A DNA stretch of 64,000 bases from Octopus vulgaris (taxonomy: Eukaryota): NCBI GenBank assembly GCA_951406725.2, contig OX597816.1, positions 106,950,001-107,014,000 on the forward strand, written 5' to 3'. A program made the position numbers and the translations under genes. Positions 26,838-40,975 of this stretch are shown piece by piece. Position 1 is the first letter of the stretch; every line of letters starts with the position of its first letter. The notes below the pieces were generated by a model that saw only the letters and a program-made list of their open reading frames with translations, did not search any database and was not told the origin of the DNA.

Positions 26838-27532
26838 CAAACATACATACACTTACTTTATATGCGCACGCACACACACATACACACGCTACACACGCAT
26901 ACACACACACATACATACACGCACACACACACAGAGTTAAACAAACACACTCTATACGCAAACGCACTCAGTGAAACATACACTTTATATGCGTGCGCTC
27001 GCGCTCTCACACACACACACAATTTTATGCACGTGGGCGAAGAACAGAAGTTTTTAATGACAATACAACATTCACAGATACGCGCACCTACACACATGCA
27101 TGCGCATATACACATAGTCTCTCTTTCTCTTTGTCACTCTCTCCCCCTCTTTCTCTCTCTCTCTCTCTCTCTCTGTATCTATCTCTATCGCTATCACACT
27201 CAGACACATACACATGCACACTCAAACGCACATACATAATCATATATCTAAACACATACACATATATAAGCATCCGCAAAATTATTGCATACTCATAGAA
27301 AGTATTAATAATCATTTTCTAAGTTTGGCACAGAACCACAAATACCAGGGGTTGTGGTTGTGGTGGTGGTGATGGGGTCAATATGGATAAATCTACTTCA
27401 GTACTTGACTGGCACACATTTGAATGACCTCTCCAGGGTGGGGTGGGGATGAAAGTCAAAGCCGTTCCTGGTGGGATTTGAACTCAACTTAAAAGGATAT
27501 AAATTAAGTTAAAGGATAGGATTATAGTCTTG

Positions 27533-27637
<105 letters not shown>

Positions 27638-27849
27638 GTCGTCGTCGTTGTCGTCGTCATCGTCATCGTCATCGTCGTCGTCACACCGCTACTTCCTAAC
27701 GTACTCTACCATCATATCTTGTCTTCTTATTTCAATTATATGATCAGTCTTTATCAATAAATTCCCTAATTATTGTTCACCATCACAGCCTATGTCTCGT
27801 GTTCCCACCACTTCTTCGTCACTTCAACTTTACAAACGTCGTTAACATC

Positions 27850-29150
27850 CCAATACCTTCTGTTTCTGAGTCATATTTGCGTTTATACTCATTTTGTGGT
27901 AGCTTACTGCACTCATTTAGGTGCTAGTTAATATTTTCATCTCTTTTTATACACAATCTATATTCACTGTCTAAATTTTGTCAATCTTTGTCTTTATCAA
28001 ATTCGTTCTAATGGCTTATTCATAAACGGCTATAATTAGTGATTCAGTTTCTCTTTTCGGTTTTCATCTTTTAACCACAAGCCGTGTTCCTCATTTTAAC
28101 ATTTGCCGTTTGTTGCATGAATTGGCCATTGAATTCTTTCTCGTTCCAGCTATTTGTCCTGTAACTCTCTCTTTATTCTTGAAGTCTACTGCCATTTTCA
28201 ATATTTCTTCAATATTTCTAGGCTCAGATAATTGTCTCCCCACTATTTACAACGTAGATTTTCAAACCCAGTATTACAGTAGTAATAGTGTCTTCTGAAT
28301 TTAACATACTTTTGCCTCCTCCGGTTCTTGGTAAACTGAGTTTCACTCAATTTCTGTTCAGGTGGTGTACATTGATCATGTGAACCGTTTCCTAGTTCTT
28401 CTATCCAGTTCCAGCAACTCTGTCTTTCTCCACTTTAAAGAGCTGAGTATCTCAACAATGACATTGTCTATGTATTAACTACTTTGCTGATATTACCTCC
28501 CGTTAGTTTTGTTCCAAGCACTCTTCTAACGCTTGCCATGCATTCTTCTCAGACTTTTTCGCTCATTTCTTAATTACCCCTAGATACTTCATCTCTTCCC
28601 CTTATCTAATAATATCATCGTGTGGTTTCTCTGTCCTATTACATTTAATATTTCGATCTCACTTCTTAATGAAAACTGCATATTGGTTCGCCCCAAACTG
28701 CATACTGATATCATCTAAATATCTTTAATGTCTGAGAAAGAGAATTTATTAAAAAAAATTTTTGTATATAGTTTAAGGTCACCCGTACACAGTAGATTAT
28801 TTATCTTCTTCCTGGTGTAACAATCTCATTAGCAGATCTGGATTTTCACAATATGCTCGTCAAAGCAATCAACGTAGTCCTGTCAAGTAATGAAGAAAAT
28901 GAACTTTGCTGAAACTGTATTCTTGCATTTCCTGCTGATTTCACTTAGTTCTGCTTTCCACGATCTGGTCGCTTTTCCCCTCTCAAAATCTGTTAATCTT
29001 ATTAATCCCGAGACTTCTCAAGTGCTCCAAAAAAGGGTGAGACGTAAACTTATGTTCTTTTGTAGTCTATCCAATTAACAGTTAAGTCCTTTCATATTCG
29101 TATTTAATATCATACTAGTGATCAAGTTCGCTTTGATTTTTTTACCTACA
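27850..29150 (-). pseudogene. Decayed R4/Dong-clade LINE fragment
   Basis: Manual translation: KYLGV..VRRVLGTKLTGGNISKVVNT*TMSLLRYSA..KWRKTELLELDRRTRK..LSLPRTGGG, typical of the R4/Dong post-RT region. Confidence 0.75.
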
Positions 29151-29233
29151 TCACTTTGCTGACATTAGTCTGGTAGTAGTTTCTCCTTCTTCAGAAAGCT
29201 ATACAATTCATCTGCTATAATAATAATAATTAT

Positions 29234-29297
<64 letters not shown>

Positions 29298-29303
<6 letters not shown>

Positions 29304-29650
29304 GCTTTAGCGAAGGCGGAGGTATTGTTTTCAGTCGTGTTTATTTGTTTGTCCGTGGACAATATATCTTAAGAATCGCTGGGTGGATTCGGATGAAACG
29401 TTCAGGGATGTGTGGCCTCGTGACTGCCAGAAACTGATTAGAATTTGGGATCGATTCAGTACCGGACAATAATTCTGGATTATTTGTTATATTTTCTTTT
29501 CATGAAGTATTACGATCTTACGTTCACTTTCAAGTCTTTCTCTGATTATCCCCCTTGAAAGCACGCTCATGATTTCCACGTAAATTACGGCGGTGTTGCT
29601 GTTTCCAAAGTTTTATTTTCGTTTCTCTATTATTAATTTTTCTCGCGCCT
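29298..29650 (+). mobile_element. Helentron/HINE-like non-autonomous element, 5' part
   Basis: TTAGCGAAGGCGGAGGTATTGTTTTCAGTCG..TTTGTCCG..GGATTCGGATGAAAC, homologous to 31870; follows an (ACT)n tract. Confidence 0.6.
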
Positions 29651-29927
29651 CTTTCTTAGTAGAAACTGATGGATGAAGAAATCAAACTACATAAACAAAC
29701 GGCAGCAAAACCGTCCAGAAATTAAATAACACTAACATATTCAGTAACAATAATAAATTTAATTTATCCTCGACAATGCTTAGTTTTACCTATTTTGAAT
29801 ATATCGTTCCTGTATAAAACCTCTTACCTACTAGACAATTGCATTCCTAGCTCTGCCTTGAAGGAAGCTTTACTTTTTGGACTCACGTTTTTGTGCGCAA
29901 TGATGTTGTTAAACCTCCGTTAATAGC

Positions 29928-30136
29928 ACTCTTTTACTTGTTTCAATCATTTGACTGCGGCCATGCTGGAGCACCGCCTTTAATCGAGCAACTCGACCCC
30001 GGGACTTATTCTTTTGTAAGCCCAGTACTTATTCTATCGGCCTCTTTTGCCGAACCGCTAAGTAACGGGGACATAAACACACCAGCATCGGTTGTCAAGC
30101 AATGCTAGGGGGACAAACACAGACACACAAGCACAT

Positions 30137-30225
<89 letters not shown>

Positions 30226-30397
30226 CATATATACGACAGGCTTCTTTCAGTTTCCATCTACCAAATCCACTCATAAGGCATTGGTCGGCTCGGGGCTATA
30301 GCAGAAGACACTTGCCCAAGATGCCACTCAGTGGGGCTGAACCCGGAACCATGTGGTTAATTAACAAGCTACTTACCACACAGCCACTCCTGCGCCT
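29928..30397 (-). mobile_element. SINE family A, full length, with an expanded internal (TA)n
   Basis: Reverse complement of the 7585 copy; head CTTACCACACAGCCACTCCTGCGCC. Confidence 0.92.
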
Positions 30398-30484
30398 ATA
30401 TGCACTGTATGCAGATCCTCTCCGTTTTCTTACACGCATGGATACATTTTTCACCATAGACCTTAATTGCTCTTGTTGTTGTTG

Positions 30485-30571
<87 letters not shown>

Positions 30572-30574
30572 TAT

Positions 30575-31555
30575 TGCTTTTCATTGTCTTTACACAGTTT
30601 CTAATGCTGGAGATGTACTACGGAGCCAGCAGTTCACTACCAGTGAGCTAAGGCAACACACCTTTAGTTTTCGAGCACCATCCGGAGTATTCGAGCGGTT
30701 CCAAGCAGTGCTGTTTTCTGCAACTGTCTAACCCTACTGCAGCCCCTATTTGTTCCATGTACTTCTCTTTGTATTGTCTCCCTCATTCTTCGCCCTTATG
30801 GAAAATAAATGAAACGTCTCTACGTTCTCAGCTCAAATTCCGCTGAGGTCGACTTTGCCTTTCATCCTTTCGGGGTCGATAAAATAAGCACCAGTGAAAC
30901 ACTGGGGTCGATTTAATAAACTAGTCCCCTCTCCTCAAATTTCTGGCCTTGTGCCTATAGTAGAAAGGTTTCCGATGTCAGGTGATTGAACTGAATCATT
31001 GCATCCCACAGGATTTTGCAATTCTCATTCTCGGTGACTCCTGGGGTTTGCTCGTAATACGTCTTTGCTCTTTGTAGATAGTATACTGGTTCATCAAATG
31101 TGTTGCAAAATTTGCATTTAGAGTCAGATCCGTTTTGAAGAACGTTAGCCTGGTAGTTTTTGGTAAGCAAGCTTTGATTTTGTGCCGCCATTATGAAACC
31201 TTCAGTTTCTGCTTTCAGTCCTGAACTTCTTAGTCACTGATGGCTTGGTCTACTTTAACATTTCGACTTCGATGTATATACTGTCCATGCAGAGGCTTCT
31301 GGCTCCATCGCTCCTCAATTTGTTTCTGCCCATTCTTTTTTGCAGACTGCTGGATCCGTTTTGTTTGTTTGGCGGTAGTGGTTTCAGGTTCTTCATCTAG
31401 TTCACAGTTAATACCAAGTTCCATTGCGAACTTGCAAGTTTCTTTGACAGTAGAATGTGATTCTTTTCTGTTTTCATGTTTGCACACAAACCACAGCATC
31501 CAGTCCTCTGTACTAGATAAGTACCTGTTCATTGCTGTTGTGGAGGTCTTAGAGC
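30575..31555 (-). pseudogene. R4/Dong LINE 3' fragment flanked by (TAA)n on both sides
   Basis: WSQKPLHGQY, AAQNQSLLTKNY..SKCKFC and KILWD, with the C-terminus QLQKTALLGTARILRMVLEN*. (TTA)n at 30486-30570 and 31560-31620; a SINE B is inserted at 30810. Confidence 0.88.
30810..30968 (+). mobile_element. SINE family B nested in the Dong-like LINE
   Basis: GAGGTCGACTTTGCCTTTCATCCTTTCGGGGTCGATAAAATAAG..GGCCTTGTGCCTATAGTAGAAAGG. Confidence 0.88.
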
Positions 31556-31558
31556 ACA

Positions 31559-31621
<63 letters not shown>

Positions 31622-31869
31622 TTATTTATTTAATATTTATTTCTCTACTTTCTATTATATATCCTTTGTTATATCCTTTAATGTGGTAGTATCGCCCCTT
31701 GATTGATGTAAACCCCACATGTTTTTGTTTTTGGTTTTGTAATTTTTTTGTACTGTAACTCGTCCTTCGATATTGTCCTCTATGTCTTAGGACCTCGTGG
31801 CCAATAAAAGAAATCATTACTATTATTATTATTGTTGTTATTATTATTATTGTTGTTGTTGTTATTTTT

Positions 31870-32235
31870 TGTTATTAGCGAAGGCGGAGGCATTGTTTTC
31901 AGTCGCGTTTGTTTGTCCGTTGGCAAGAGATCTCAAGAACCGCTGGATGGATTCGGCTGAAACTTCCAGTGATGTTTGGCCTAGTGACTGGCACGAGCTG
32001 AATAGATTTTGCGATCGATCCGGTACAGGACAAGGATTCTAGATTATTTTTCCTGCTGCTTTTTTTTTTTTATTTTACTTAATTTTTGAGAGCTGTCGGG
32101 TTCGTTTTTAGCATTCTCGTCTGTGAGAGCAGTCGAGTTTATTTCAGATATTCTCATTTAAAAAAATCATCTCTGGCAAATTGTTGATAGGACGTTGATG
32201 CTGCCCTGGTGGAGGTTTGCGCTCTCTGAGTGCTC

Positions 32236-32240
<5 letters not shown>
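31870..32240 (+). mobile_element. Helentron/HINE-like non-autonomous element
   Basis: 5' GAAGGCGGAGGCATTGTTTTC and 3' GGTGGAGGTTTGCGCTCTCTGAGTGCTCTTGTT (subterminal repeat plus GCGCTC/GAGTGC hairpin); embedded in (TTA)n. Confidence 0.65.
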
Positions 32241-32302
<62 letters not shown>

Positions 32303-32324
32303 CATTGTCATTATCATCATCATT

Positions 32325-32356
<32 letters not shown>

Positions 32357-32359
32357 TCT

Positions 32360-32580
32360 ACAAGGCGGCGTACTGGCAGAATCGCTCGCACACCGGACAA
32401 AATGCTTAGCGGTATTTCGTCCGGATTTACGTTTTTAGATCCAGTTTCACCGAGATCGACTTTGCCTGTCATCTTTTCCGGGTCGATAGAATAAGTACTA
32501 GCTGAACATTGGGGTGGATATAATCGACTAGTCCCCTCCCAACAAATTTCGGGCCTTGTGCCTCTAGTAGAAAAGGATTA
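32360..32580 (+). mobile_element. SINE family B
   Basis: AAGGCGGCGTACTGGCAGAATCG..GGGTCGATAGAATAAGTAC..GGGCCTTGTGCC. Confidence 0.88.
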
Positions 32581-32599
32581 CTATGCTATTTTAGTCGGC

Positions 32600-33190
32600 A
32601 GGAATTTATCTTGAGGTTCGGTGACAAATCACAACAAATCTTAAGAATCTTTCTGGAGATTCTTACAGAATATAGGATGGCAGACTTGGAGGTAACTTTT
32701 AATTTTGTTTATGTTTCTCTGGATTGGTGTCTTTTCTCGGCTCAATTATGCTTCATATCGAACCACAACTCGTGGTTTAAGATAAAGAACATTTTGTATC
32801 TTTTGTTGAATAGTTCTTTTTTCCTTCTCTACATAACTGTTTTTAGATTGTGTCGAGGGTTTTGCGAATAATTCTTGCTGAATTTACTTGGCATCTTTTC
32901 CGCACTGCATCTCCCCAGGTTAAAATATTCAATGAGAACTGGGGAGCTCATGGCCTTGTTTTAGCATTTAGGTATTTCATACTTCAAGTCGGTAAAATGG
33001 TCTACTTTTTCTTTTTCATTCTTTTTACTCTGGTGTTAACTGGGCTTGCCACGTCGATTACAATACATAATTTCTTATTTTCGTCAATATCCGATATGTT
33101 GAGTTCTGTTCTTCTTTTGGTTTGTATTAGAAAATCCTACAAGAATTTGACATTTCCCTTTTCGAAAGCTTGCATGTCTCTTCCCACAAA
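32600..33190 (-). pseudogene. R4/Dong LINE restriction-like endonuclease and C-terminal remnant
   Basis: Manual translation: KFL*DFLIQT..DENKKLCIVIDVASPVNTRV..DLKYEI and the terminal KSAILYSVRISRKIL. Confidence 0.75.
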
Positions 33191-33199
33191 ATAGTTATA

Positions 33200-33670
33200 A
33201 TTTTTTCTGAGCATACAAAATCAAAATACCTTTAAACATTCTCATTAAGTATTCTTCATTTTCCTCTCGTAGATGGTCATTTTCTTTCAATTTGAAAAGT
33301 AAGGAATATTTTGAACATATCAAGGGATTTTGAACATACCAAAATAGATAGTACATCAACGTGTGGAAACTCCTTTTCGACAAAATGGAATAAGAGAAAG
33401 AGGGGGTAAAAATGACTTACAGAGCAAGAAATTTTTGTTTTAGGGAACAGAAACGAAAGAAAACACCAATGATACAAAAAGCCAAGGAAATATTGATGCA
33501 ACATTAATAAAACAAAAACAAAAAAATCTATCACTATGAAACCTTATGGAAAATGAAATAAAGCTTCTTGAATATGGACTTAAATTCACACCATTTCCAA
33601 AACCTGCCGCAACGGATCTTATAAAAGATACTGAGGCATATTACAGAAAACTTCATCCTCGGGAATAATA
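33200..33670 (+). pseudogene. Penelope-like ORF N-terminal remnant
   Basis: ENEIKLLEYGLKFTPFPKP..DLIKDTEAYYRKLHPRE at ~33550-33665 (cf. the PLE motif LxKGLKFTPTP..RKLRLRE). Confidence 0.65.
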
Positions 33671-34354
33671 CACATGCGCGCGCATACATATATATATAAA
33701 CCTGAACGAATCAACTACAGCAAGCACCGCTTTAATAAGACATGAAGTTTGTTGGTATCAACATAGATAGAAAGAATAGCTAATGACGAAGACAATAACA
33801 CAGGCTGTAGATGTTGTCTAGCAGAAAAGAGGCATCTGATATTTAACATAAGAGAGCAAGATGTAGCTAAGTGCAGTAAGAAGAATGCGAAGGACAGAAG
33901 ACATCTTTGAATCACTAATCGACAGTCTGAGACGTCCTTGCAAATACACTTTTGGCATTATACAGGTTATCATTTAAAAAAAATTGGATATTTGTTAACC
34001 CACTTAGATCAAAGTATAGCAGACTTGCAGAAGGAATGTTGCCTCATAATTAATGTATTACAGATGATGATACTGCTTAGGTGATAAAAATCTGTACGGC
34101 CTTCTTAAACAGTTAAAGGGTAATATTTGGACAAAGAATGGCAAACAGGAGATTCTTTTCTTTAGAACGTTGCCACTGAGTAGGTGGTCTGTGAAGAAAA
34201 AAAAAAAGCAACAAACAAACAAACTCTAAAACTCCAGTCAGGAAGAGAAAACACACGTGACTACCAGACTGATGTTTCTCTACAGGAGAGAAAATTTCAA
34301 AATATAAAAAGCACATATACACAAAAAATAGATACACATACACACTTAAACAAT

Positions 34355-34405
<51 letters not shown>

Positions 34406-34754
34406 GCGTGCGCAAGCAAGCATGTACACACGAATAATAGCATGTATGGGCATTCATTCATACGTGCCTATGTAGGTATGTTCGTTTGTTTGTTCACTCG
34501 TGCGTGTGGTGAGCGCTATACATGTGGATGAGCATGTGTGTGCGAAAGAGCGAGTGAGTGTGTGAGAGCGTGCGCGCGAGCGCGCGTGTGAAACTGTTTT
34601 ATTTAAATATACAGTGTATAAAATACATTGTATATTTGTATTATACATAGGTGTATAAATACACACACGCACATACACACACACACACATACACACACGT
34701 ATGTTATATACATATCTGAGCATATATACATACATATATACATACGACTTGTTT

Positions 34755-34809
<55 letters not shown>

Positions 34810-35009
34810 TTTAAAATAATAAGGGTAAAAAATTGAATATTAATTTAACTAATATCAATTTAAAGCTAGTGGTCTAGCATATTAAAATCTGAAGGTTCAG
34901 AAAATTATATTACATACATATAAGAGGGATGACCACTACGTGGACAACCCTTATGCTAGAAGTAGATCCGCTATGGTCTTACCACTAAGAAAGGAATGTT
35001 CTCAAGAAA

Positions 35010-35152
35010 ATTTAGCGGCAGTTCGGCAAGAGAGACCGATAGAATAAGTACTAGGCTTACAAAGAATAAGTCCTGGGGTCGATTTGCTCTATTACAGGCG
35101 GTGCTCCAGCATGGCCACAGTCAAATGACTGAAACAAGTAAAAAAGTAAAGA
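35010..35152 (+). mobile_element. SINE family A, 3' part
   Basis: GTTCGGCAAGAGAGACCGATAGAATAAGTACTAGGC..ATGACTGAAACAAGTAAAA. Confidence 0.88.
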
Positions 35153-35158
35153 GTATAT

Positions 35159-35239
<81 letters not shown>

Positions 35240-35245
<6 letters not shown>

Positions 35246-36145
35246 AAAGAAGACAACGTAAGTGAGCAAGAAATTCTGTGGGAAATTCAACCTGTGAGTG
35301 TGTTTGTGGAGTTGTTAGCTAACTCCTCCTACAACGTTTTATCGATTTTGATGAAACTTGATAGTGAGTAGAACTCACGTCTAGAAACCTCATGGCATAC
35401 TCAGATTGTTCAAAAACATATATTGACAGGACCTCTGGAAGGGATCCTTATATATATATCTAATATATTATATTTTAAAAGTCAATGGAAATAACCCATT
35501 CACCCCTGGAAGGGATCCTTATATATAGTCACGGGAAAAAGACCATTCATAATCCTAAATTGAGTATGTTTATTTCTTAGTATTTGAACTGTTAGAGTTA
35601 TTTTCGCAATTTATCCAGCACAACCCTTAAACAAGTAAATAGTATTTTCCTATACAATAGATCCACTTATTTCGGTTGGTGACTTATTCACTAATATACC
35701 AACACTATCGTCCATGGGGGTAATATTCTCTGGGAACGCACCAAAGCCCTTTTCAGAGATATTTACTTTGAATTGTTATCTCAAATCTGATTAGCCTGTT
35801 ATTACGTAACATACTTCACGATTTTAGTATACATAGTTTATTAGTATTTTCTCCTATGTTCTAAATATTCCGGGAACACATTAAAGTCTTTCTCAGGGCT
35901 ACTTTATTTGAATTCTTATTATCAGGTAACTAATTTCACAATTTGGGCATTCATAACTTATTGGGTATTCCTAAAAACAAGATGCTGCGTAAGACAGTTC
36001 GGTATTCTCTGTAAATGCACAAAAACCGTTTTAAGGGCTACATACTTTGTATTGTTATTATTGGATTAACGTAGCAAGACAATTATGAGAATGGAACCAT
36101 AGGATAAGCCCCGCTTTCCCGGAAATTACCGGATACATCAGCTAG
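35240..36145 (+). mobile_element. Non-autonomous Helitron, 5' end uncertain
   Basis: 3' CCGGAAATTACCGGATACATCAGCTAG|T into (TA)n; Helitron-like 5' region (ATCGATTTTGATGAAACTTG); three internal ~140-bp degenerate repeats. Confidence 0.65.
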
Positions 36146-36178
<33 letters not shown>

Positions 36179-36236
36179 GCATATATACAAACACACACAC
36201 ACACACATATATATATAAATACATATACATACATAC

Positions 36237-36327
<91 letters not shown>

Positions 36328-36363
36328 CATACATATACATATATATATGTATAAATATATATA

Positions 36364-36732
36364 TCTCTTATGATAAAAGGCAGACTTTCTCTGTCTGTTC
36401 CCATGTTCCTTTTTAATACAATTCTACAATATAGAATTTCTTCAATTGGAATTTACCTATGATTTTTCCAAGTAGATTCGATTGGGTCATGGCATATAAA
36501 GTTTTTTCAATTTGACCCCCAATTAAGCAAAAATTCGAGAAAACTCAATATTTTACGATTTGCACTCTTTGCAAGTGTGAAACTATTAAAGTGAAAGTAT
36601 TTCTATAAAAGGGATGAGCCATTAATACTGGTCATCCTTTTTGCTTGCGAAAGATCCGCTATGGTCTTATATGCTACACCACTGGTTTTCAATTCATATT
36701 AATCAAATTAATATTCAATTTTTCACTCTTAT

Positions 36733-36793
<61 letters not shown>

Positions 36794-39535
36794 TAGCAAT
36801 TCGTATAAAATTGCATCAATGACTTGAACTTGAATAAGCGGTTTCACATAAATGGGGATAAATTAAAAAGGTTTGTTATTATTATTACTGTTTGACTATT
36901 GTAATCACGTTTGTTGGTTCCTCGTCAGGGAAACGTTGTTGTGTTGCATTTGTTAAATAATTGTAAACCGTAACCCTCCCCTTTCGGAGAAGGGGCTTTG
37001 GTTATTGTTTAAAAATTGAATTGTGTCCCTGTTTGGGGAAATTGACAATATTTTCACTGTCTTTACGGAAGCATTTTTGTTAAAATGCCTTCGATAGAAG
37101 AAAGTCCAAAAATGAATTTCGCTGCAGCCGTACACTTCTATACAAGAGGGAGGACAAGATCCAATTGATCGAAATTGCAAGAGATAGGCCTACAATTCCA
37201 GTCTGTTATATATTTTGAGTATTGTTATCACTAGCGATATCAAGATATAACTTTGTATTTTGTATTTTATGTGTAGATGTATATATATAGATGTACATGT
37301 AATATGTACACATATATATATACACATATATACATGCATAATATATCTACCCATACACACATACGCACACATACACACACACACATACATAGGGGCAGGT
37401 GTGGCTGTGTGGTAACAAACTACGTTCCAAACACATTGTCCTGGGTTCAGTCCCACTGTGTGGTGACTTGGCATGTGTAGGCACAAACACTCTGTCTTCA
37501 CATTTGCTGCGTGAGACATGTTTTAATGTTGACGAGCTTGCCGAGTACATAGCCGACAATGAGCCAAAGCCCCTTCCAGAACAAGTTCGCTTACAACTCC
37601 GTTGTTAATTCAGTCCGGGCCAAAGTTGGGGGGATTTTTTTCCTGGACACTCCCGGGGGCACTGGGAAAACTTTTGTCAACAAATTAATATTGGCTGAGA
37701 TTAGGCGAACACAAGGCATTGCTCTAGCTGTGGCATTGCGGCTACTTTGTTGCCAGGCGGCAGGACAGCTCACTCCACTTTCAAGCTCCCGCTTGACTTA
37801 GCGAAGACTGAGACACCAACTTGCAACATCAGTAACAGCTCCGATCAGGCAGAAGTCTTCAGACGATGCAAGCTTATCGTTTGGGATGAATGCACGATGG
37901 CTCACAGACGTGCTCTTGAGGCACTAGATAGATCTCTCACAGACATCAAACACTCTTCAGCTCCCATGGGAGGCATAACACTTCTTCTTTCAGGGGACTT
38001 CCGACAAACACTTCCCGTTATTCCCAAAGGGACTACAGCTGATGCAGTAAGTGCGTGTCTTAAGTCATCCACATTGTGGCCACTGGTGAAGATTCTCAAA
38101 CTTCACACCAATATGCGTGCTCATATGCGACGTGATATCACATCAGCAGCATTTTCTCACACCCTCCTTGCACTTGGCGAAGGCAAAATACCAGGGGAGG
38201 AAAATGGTAATATTGCCATCGATTCCATTTGTACCATTGTTAAAATGCCTTCTGATCTCAGAGATGCAGTGTTCCCAGATCTACAAGCTAATTATCAGAA
38301 TATGGATTGGATTGGCCAAAGGGCTATTCTGGCCCCGAGGAATAAAACTGTTCACCATATTAATGATGAAATGCTAAAACTCATTCCTGGGGATGTCTAT
38401 GTATATAAGTCTATCGATACAACTCCTGACCCAGAGGACGTCATCAACTATCCAATAGAGGTACTCAATTCCTTTCAGCCCCCCGGACTACCACCACACA
38501 TTCTCAAACTTAAAGTTGGTGCCCCTATAATGCTCATTAGAAATTTGGTTCCCCCAAAGCATTGCAATGGCACACGTTTGATCGTTAAGTCCTTATCTCC
38601 CAATCTGATTGAGGCCACCATTATCACAGGGTGCGGTCGAGGCAACGTTGTGCTCATACCTAGGATGCATCTTTTCCCATCAGGAGCAGACCTACCTTTC
38701 GTATTTTGGAGGTCCCAGTTCCCAGTAAGGCCATGTTTCGCAATGTCAATTAACAAAGAACAGGGTCAAACACTGTCTGTGGCGGGAATACATTTGGGAG
38801 AGCCATGTTTCTCTCATGGTCAGCTTTATGTTGCCTGCTCGCGTTTCGGCAGCAACAGTGATGCTTTTGCATTCATTCCACAACGAAAAACAAAAAACAT
38901 TGTGTACAAGGAGGTTTTATAGGATTACGTTTCATCATTTTCGAACACGTTAGTATTTCACTTACATACGACTCTCTTTTATGATGGCATTTACATTTTT
39001 AGGCGTTTCATGACATTAATTCACACTTAACCAACACCTGTCCTTCGCTCACCTCTATTTCTATCCATTCATCATCAAACCACTAGCCTCATCTTCTATA
39101 TCCAACGTACATGACACATCTACCCCCTACATCTACACTCTCACTGTTAAAGTTTACATAAGAGACAACACATAGGGCATCCATTCTCTTTTAACACAGC
39201 ATGAAGTTTTGTAACAGCACATCCGCTGCCGTTCGTGGAAAACGAAGAGACCCTATTCACCTGCGAACGTTTCACACCGCCTTCCACGACTATCAAATTC
39301 TTACAATTATGAGAACAATAACATGGCTCTTTTCAAGGCAACCTCGCATTCAATTCTTACACCATTCTACGAGGGGTTAGGAACCCCTTTACACGGCTTT
39401 CTATACACTAACAAATACATTCATTCGCCGTAAACTTATATCAATATTTGCCTGAATAATCATCATAATTCAGTGCAGTCATTAACAGTACGTTCAAGCA
39501 ATTCAGCCCCGAGCATCGCCGGGTAATTCTGCTAG
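36364..39535 (+). mobile_element. Internally deleted Helitron: both termini and a helicase, no Rep domain seen
   Basis: A|TCTCTTATGATAAAAGGCAGA 5' end and CCCGAGCATCGCCGGGTAATTCTGCTAG|T 3' end; (TA)n on both sides; SINE A head inserted at ~37390-37480. Confidence 0.9.
37490..38922 (+). pseudogene. Helitron Pif1-family (SF1B) helicase, frameshifted
   Basis: Walker A LDTPGGTGKTF is in ORF 37559-37801. GGRTAHS, IVWDE, SGDFRQ, AILAPRN, NGTR, QFPVRPCFAMSINKEQG and FSHGQLYVACSR are in ORF 37747-38922. Frameshifts at ~37590 and ~37740. Confidence 0.95.
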
Positions 39536-39567
39536 TATATATATACACACACATACATATATATATA

Positions 39568-39713
<146 letters not shown>

Positions 39714-39844
39714 CACACATACATATAGATATATAGATATTTAAATATATATACAGATATATACATACTGATGCATCAGATACATACAAACGTACACACA
39801 CTCACACACACATATGCATGACTGCGCGCGTTTCAAAATGCGTG

Positions 39845-39955
<111 letters not shown>

Positions 39956-40643
39956 GTTATGTATGTATGTATGTATGTACGTATGTGTGTACAATACAAA
40001 TATACAAAGTCATTAGTCATCCACAGCGAAATTTTTAATATATTTCTTATACGCTACAGTCTGATTTCACGTGCGGTATTAATATCGTATGTTGCTGTCG
40101 TGTTTTCCTGGTGGAATCAGTATACCCGCTTCTCACCCTCATTCTCATTATTATTATTACCTTATAGAATGATATTAATTTTTCATCAATTACTATTAAT
40201 TTTCTTTGCTATTTTGTTTTGATTTATTTGTGTTTTATGGAGTGAAAAAAAGTAATAATAAAAATATTTATTATCTTTGATCTTGACGTGATATCGATTC
40301 TTCCAGTTGTTTCACTTTCTGTGTGTGTGTGTGCACGCACGCGCGCATATATTTGTATAAATACATACATTTATGCATGCCTGTATACGTTTGTATGTAT
40401 GTATGCATGTATGTAGAGGTGTGCGTATAAACAGGTACTTAAACAAGGCAATATATACATATGTATGTGTGAGTGTATGTATATATATATATATGTATGT
40501 GTGTGCGTGTGCCTGTGCATGTGCGAGTATTTATATGTATATGTATATATGTATTTATATACATAAATATATACATATATACATATACATGTATGCATAC
40601 ATACGTGGACATACATACATAATGCATACATACCATACATACA

Positions 40644-40718
<75 letters not shown>

Positions 40719-40935
40719 CTGTGTGTGTGTGTGTGTATGTGTGTGTGTGTGTGTGAGAGAGAGAGATAGAGAGAGAGAAATAAAGAAAGAGTAGGGAGTA
40801 AATGCCTGTTTTAATATCAGTTTTTGAATACAGTGACTGACGTTGGTGAGTCAGCTTTTCATTAAATAATTGATATCACATGATATGTTAACAGTTTACA
40901 GTATATCACACACACACGAGTATTATATATATATA

Positions 40936-40975
<40 letters not shown>

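Noticed and set aside
37747-38922. Host PIF1 gene
   Set aside because: It is intronless, frameshifted upstream, has KSQG changed to KEQG, and is enclosed by Helitron TC/CTAG termini.
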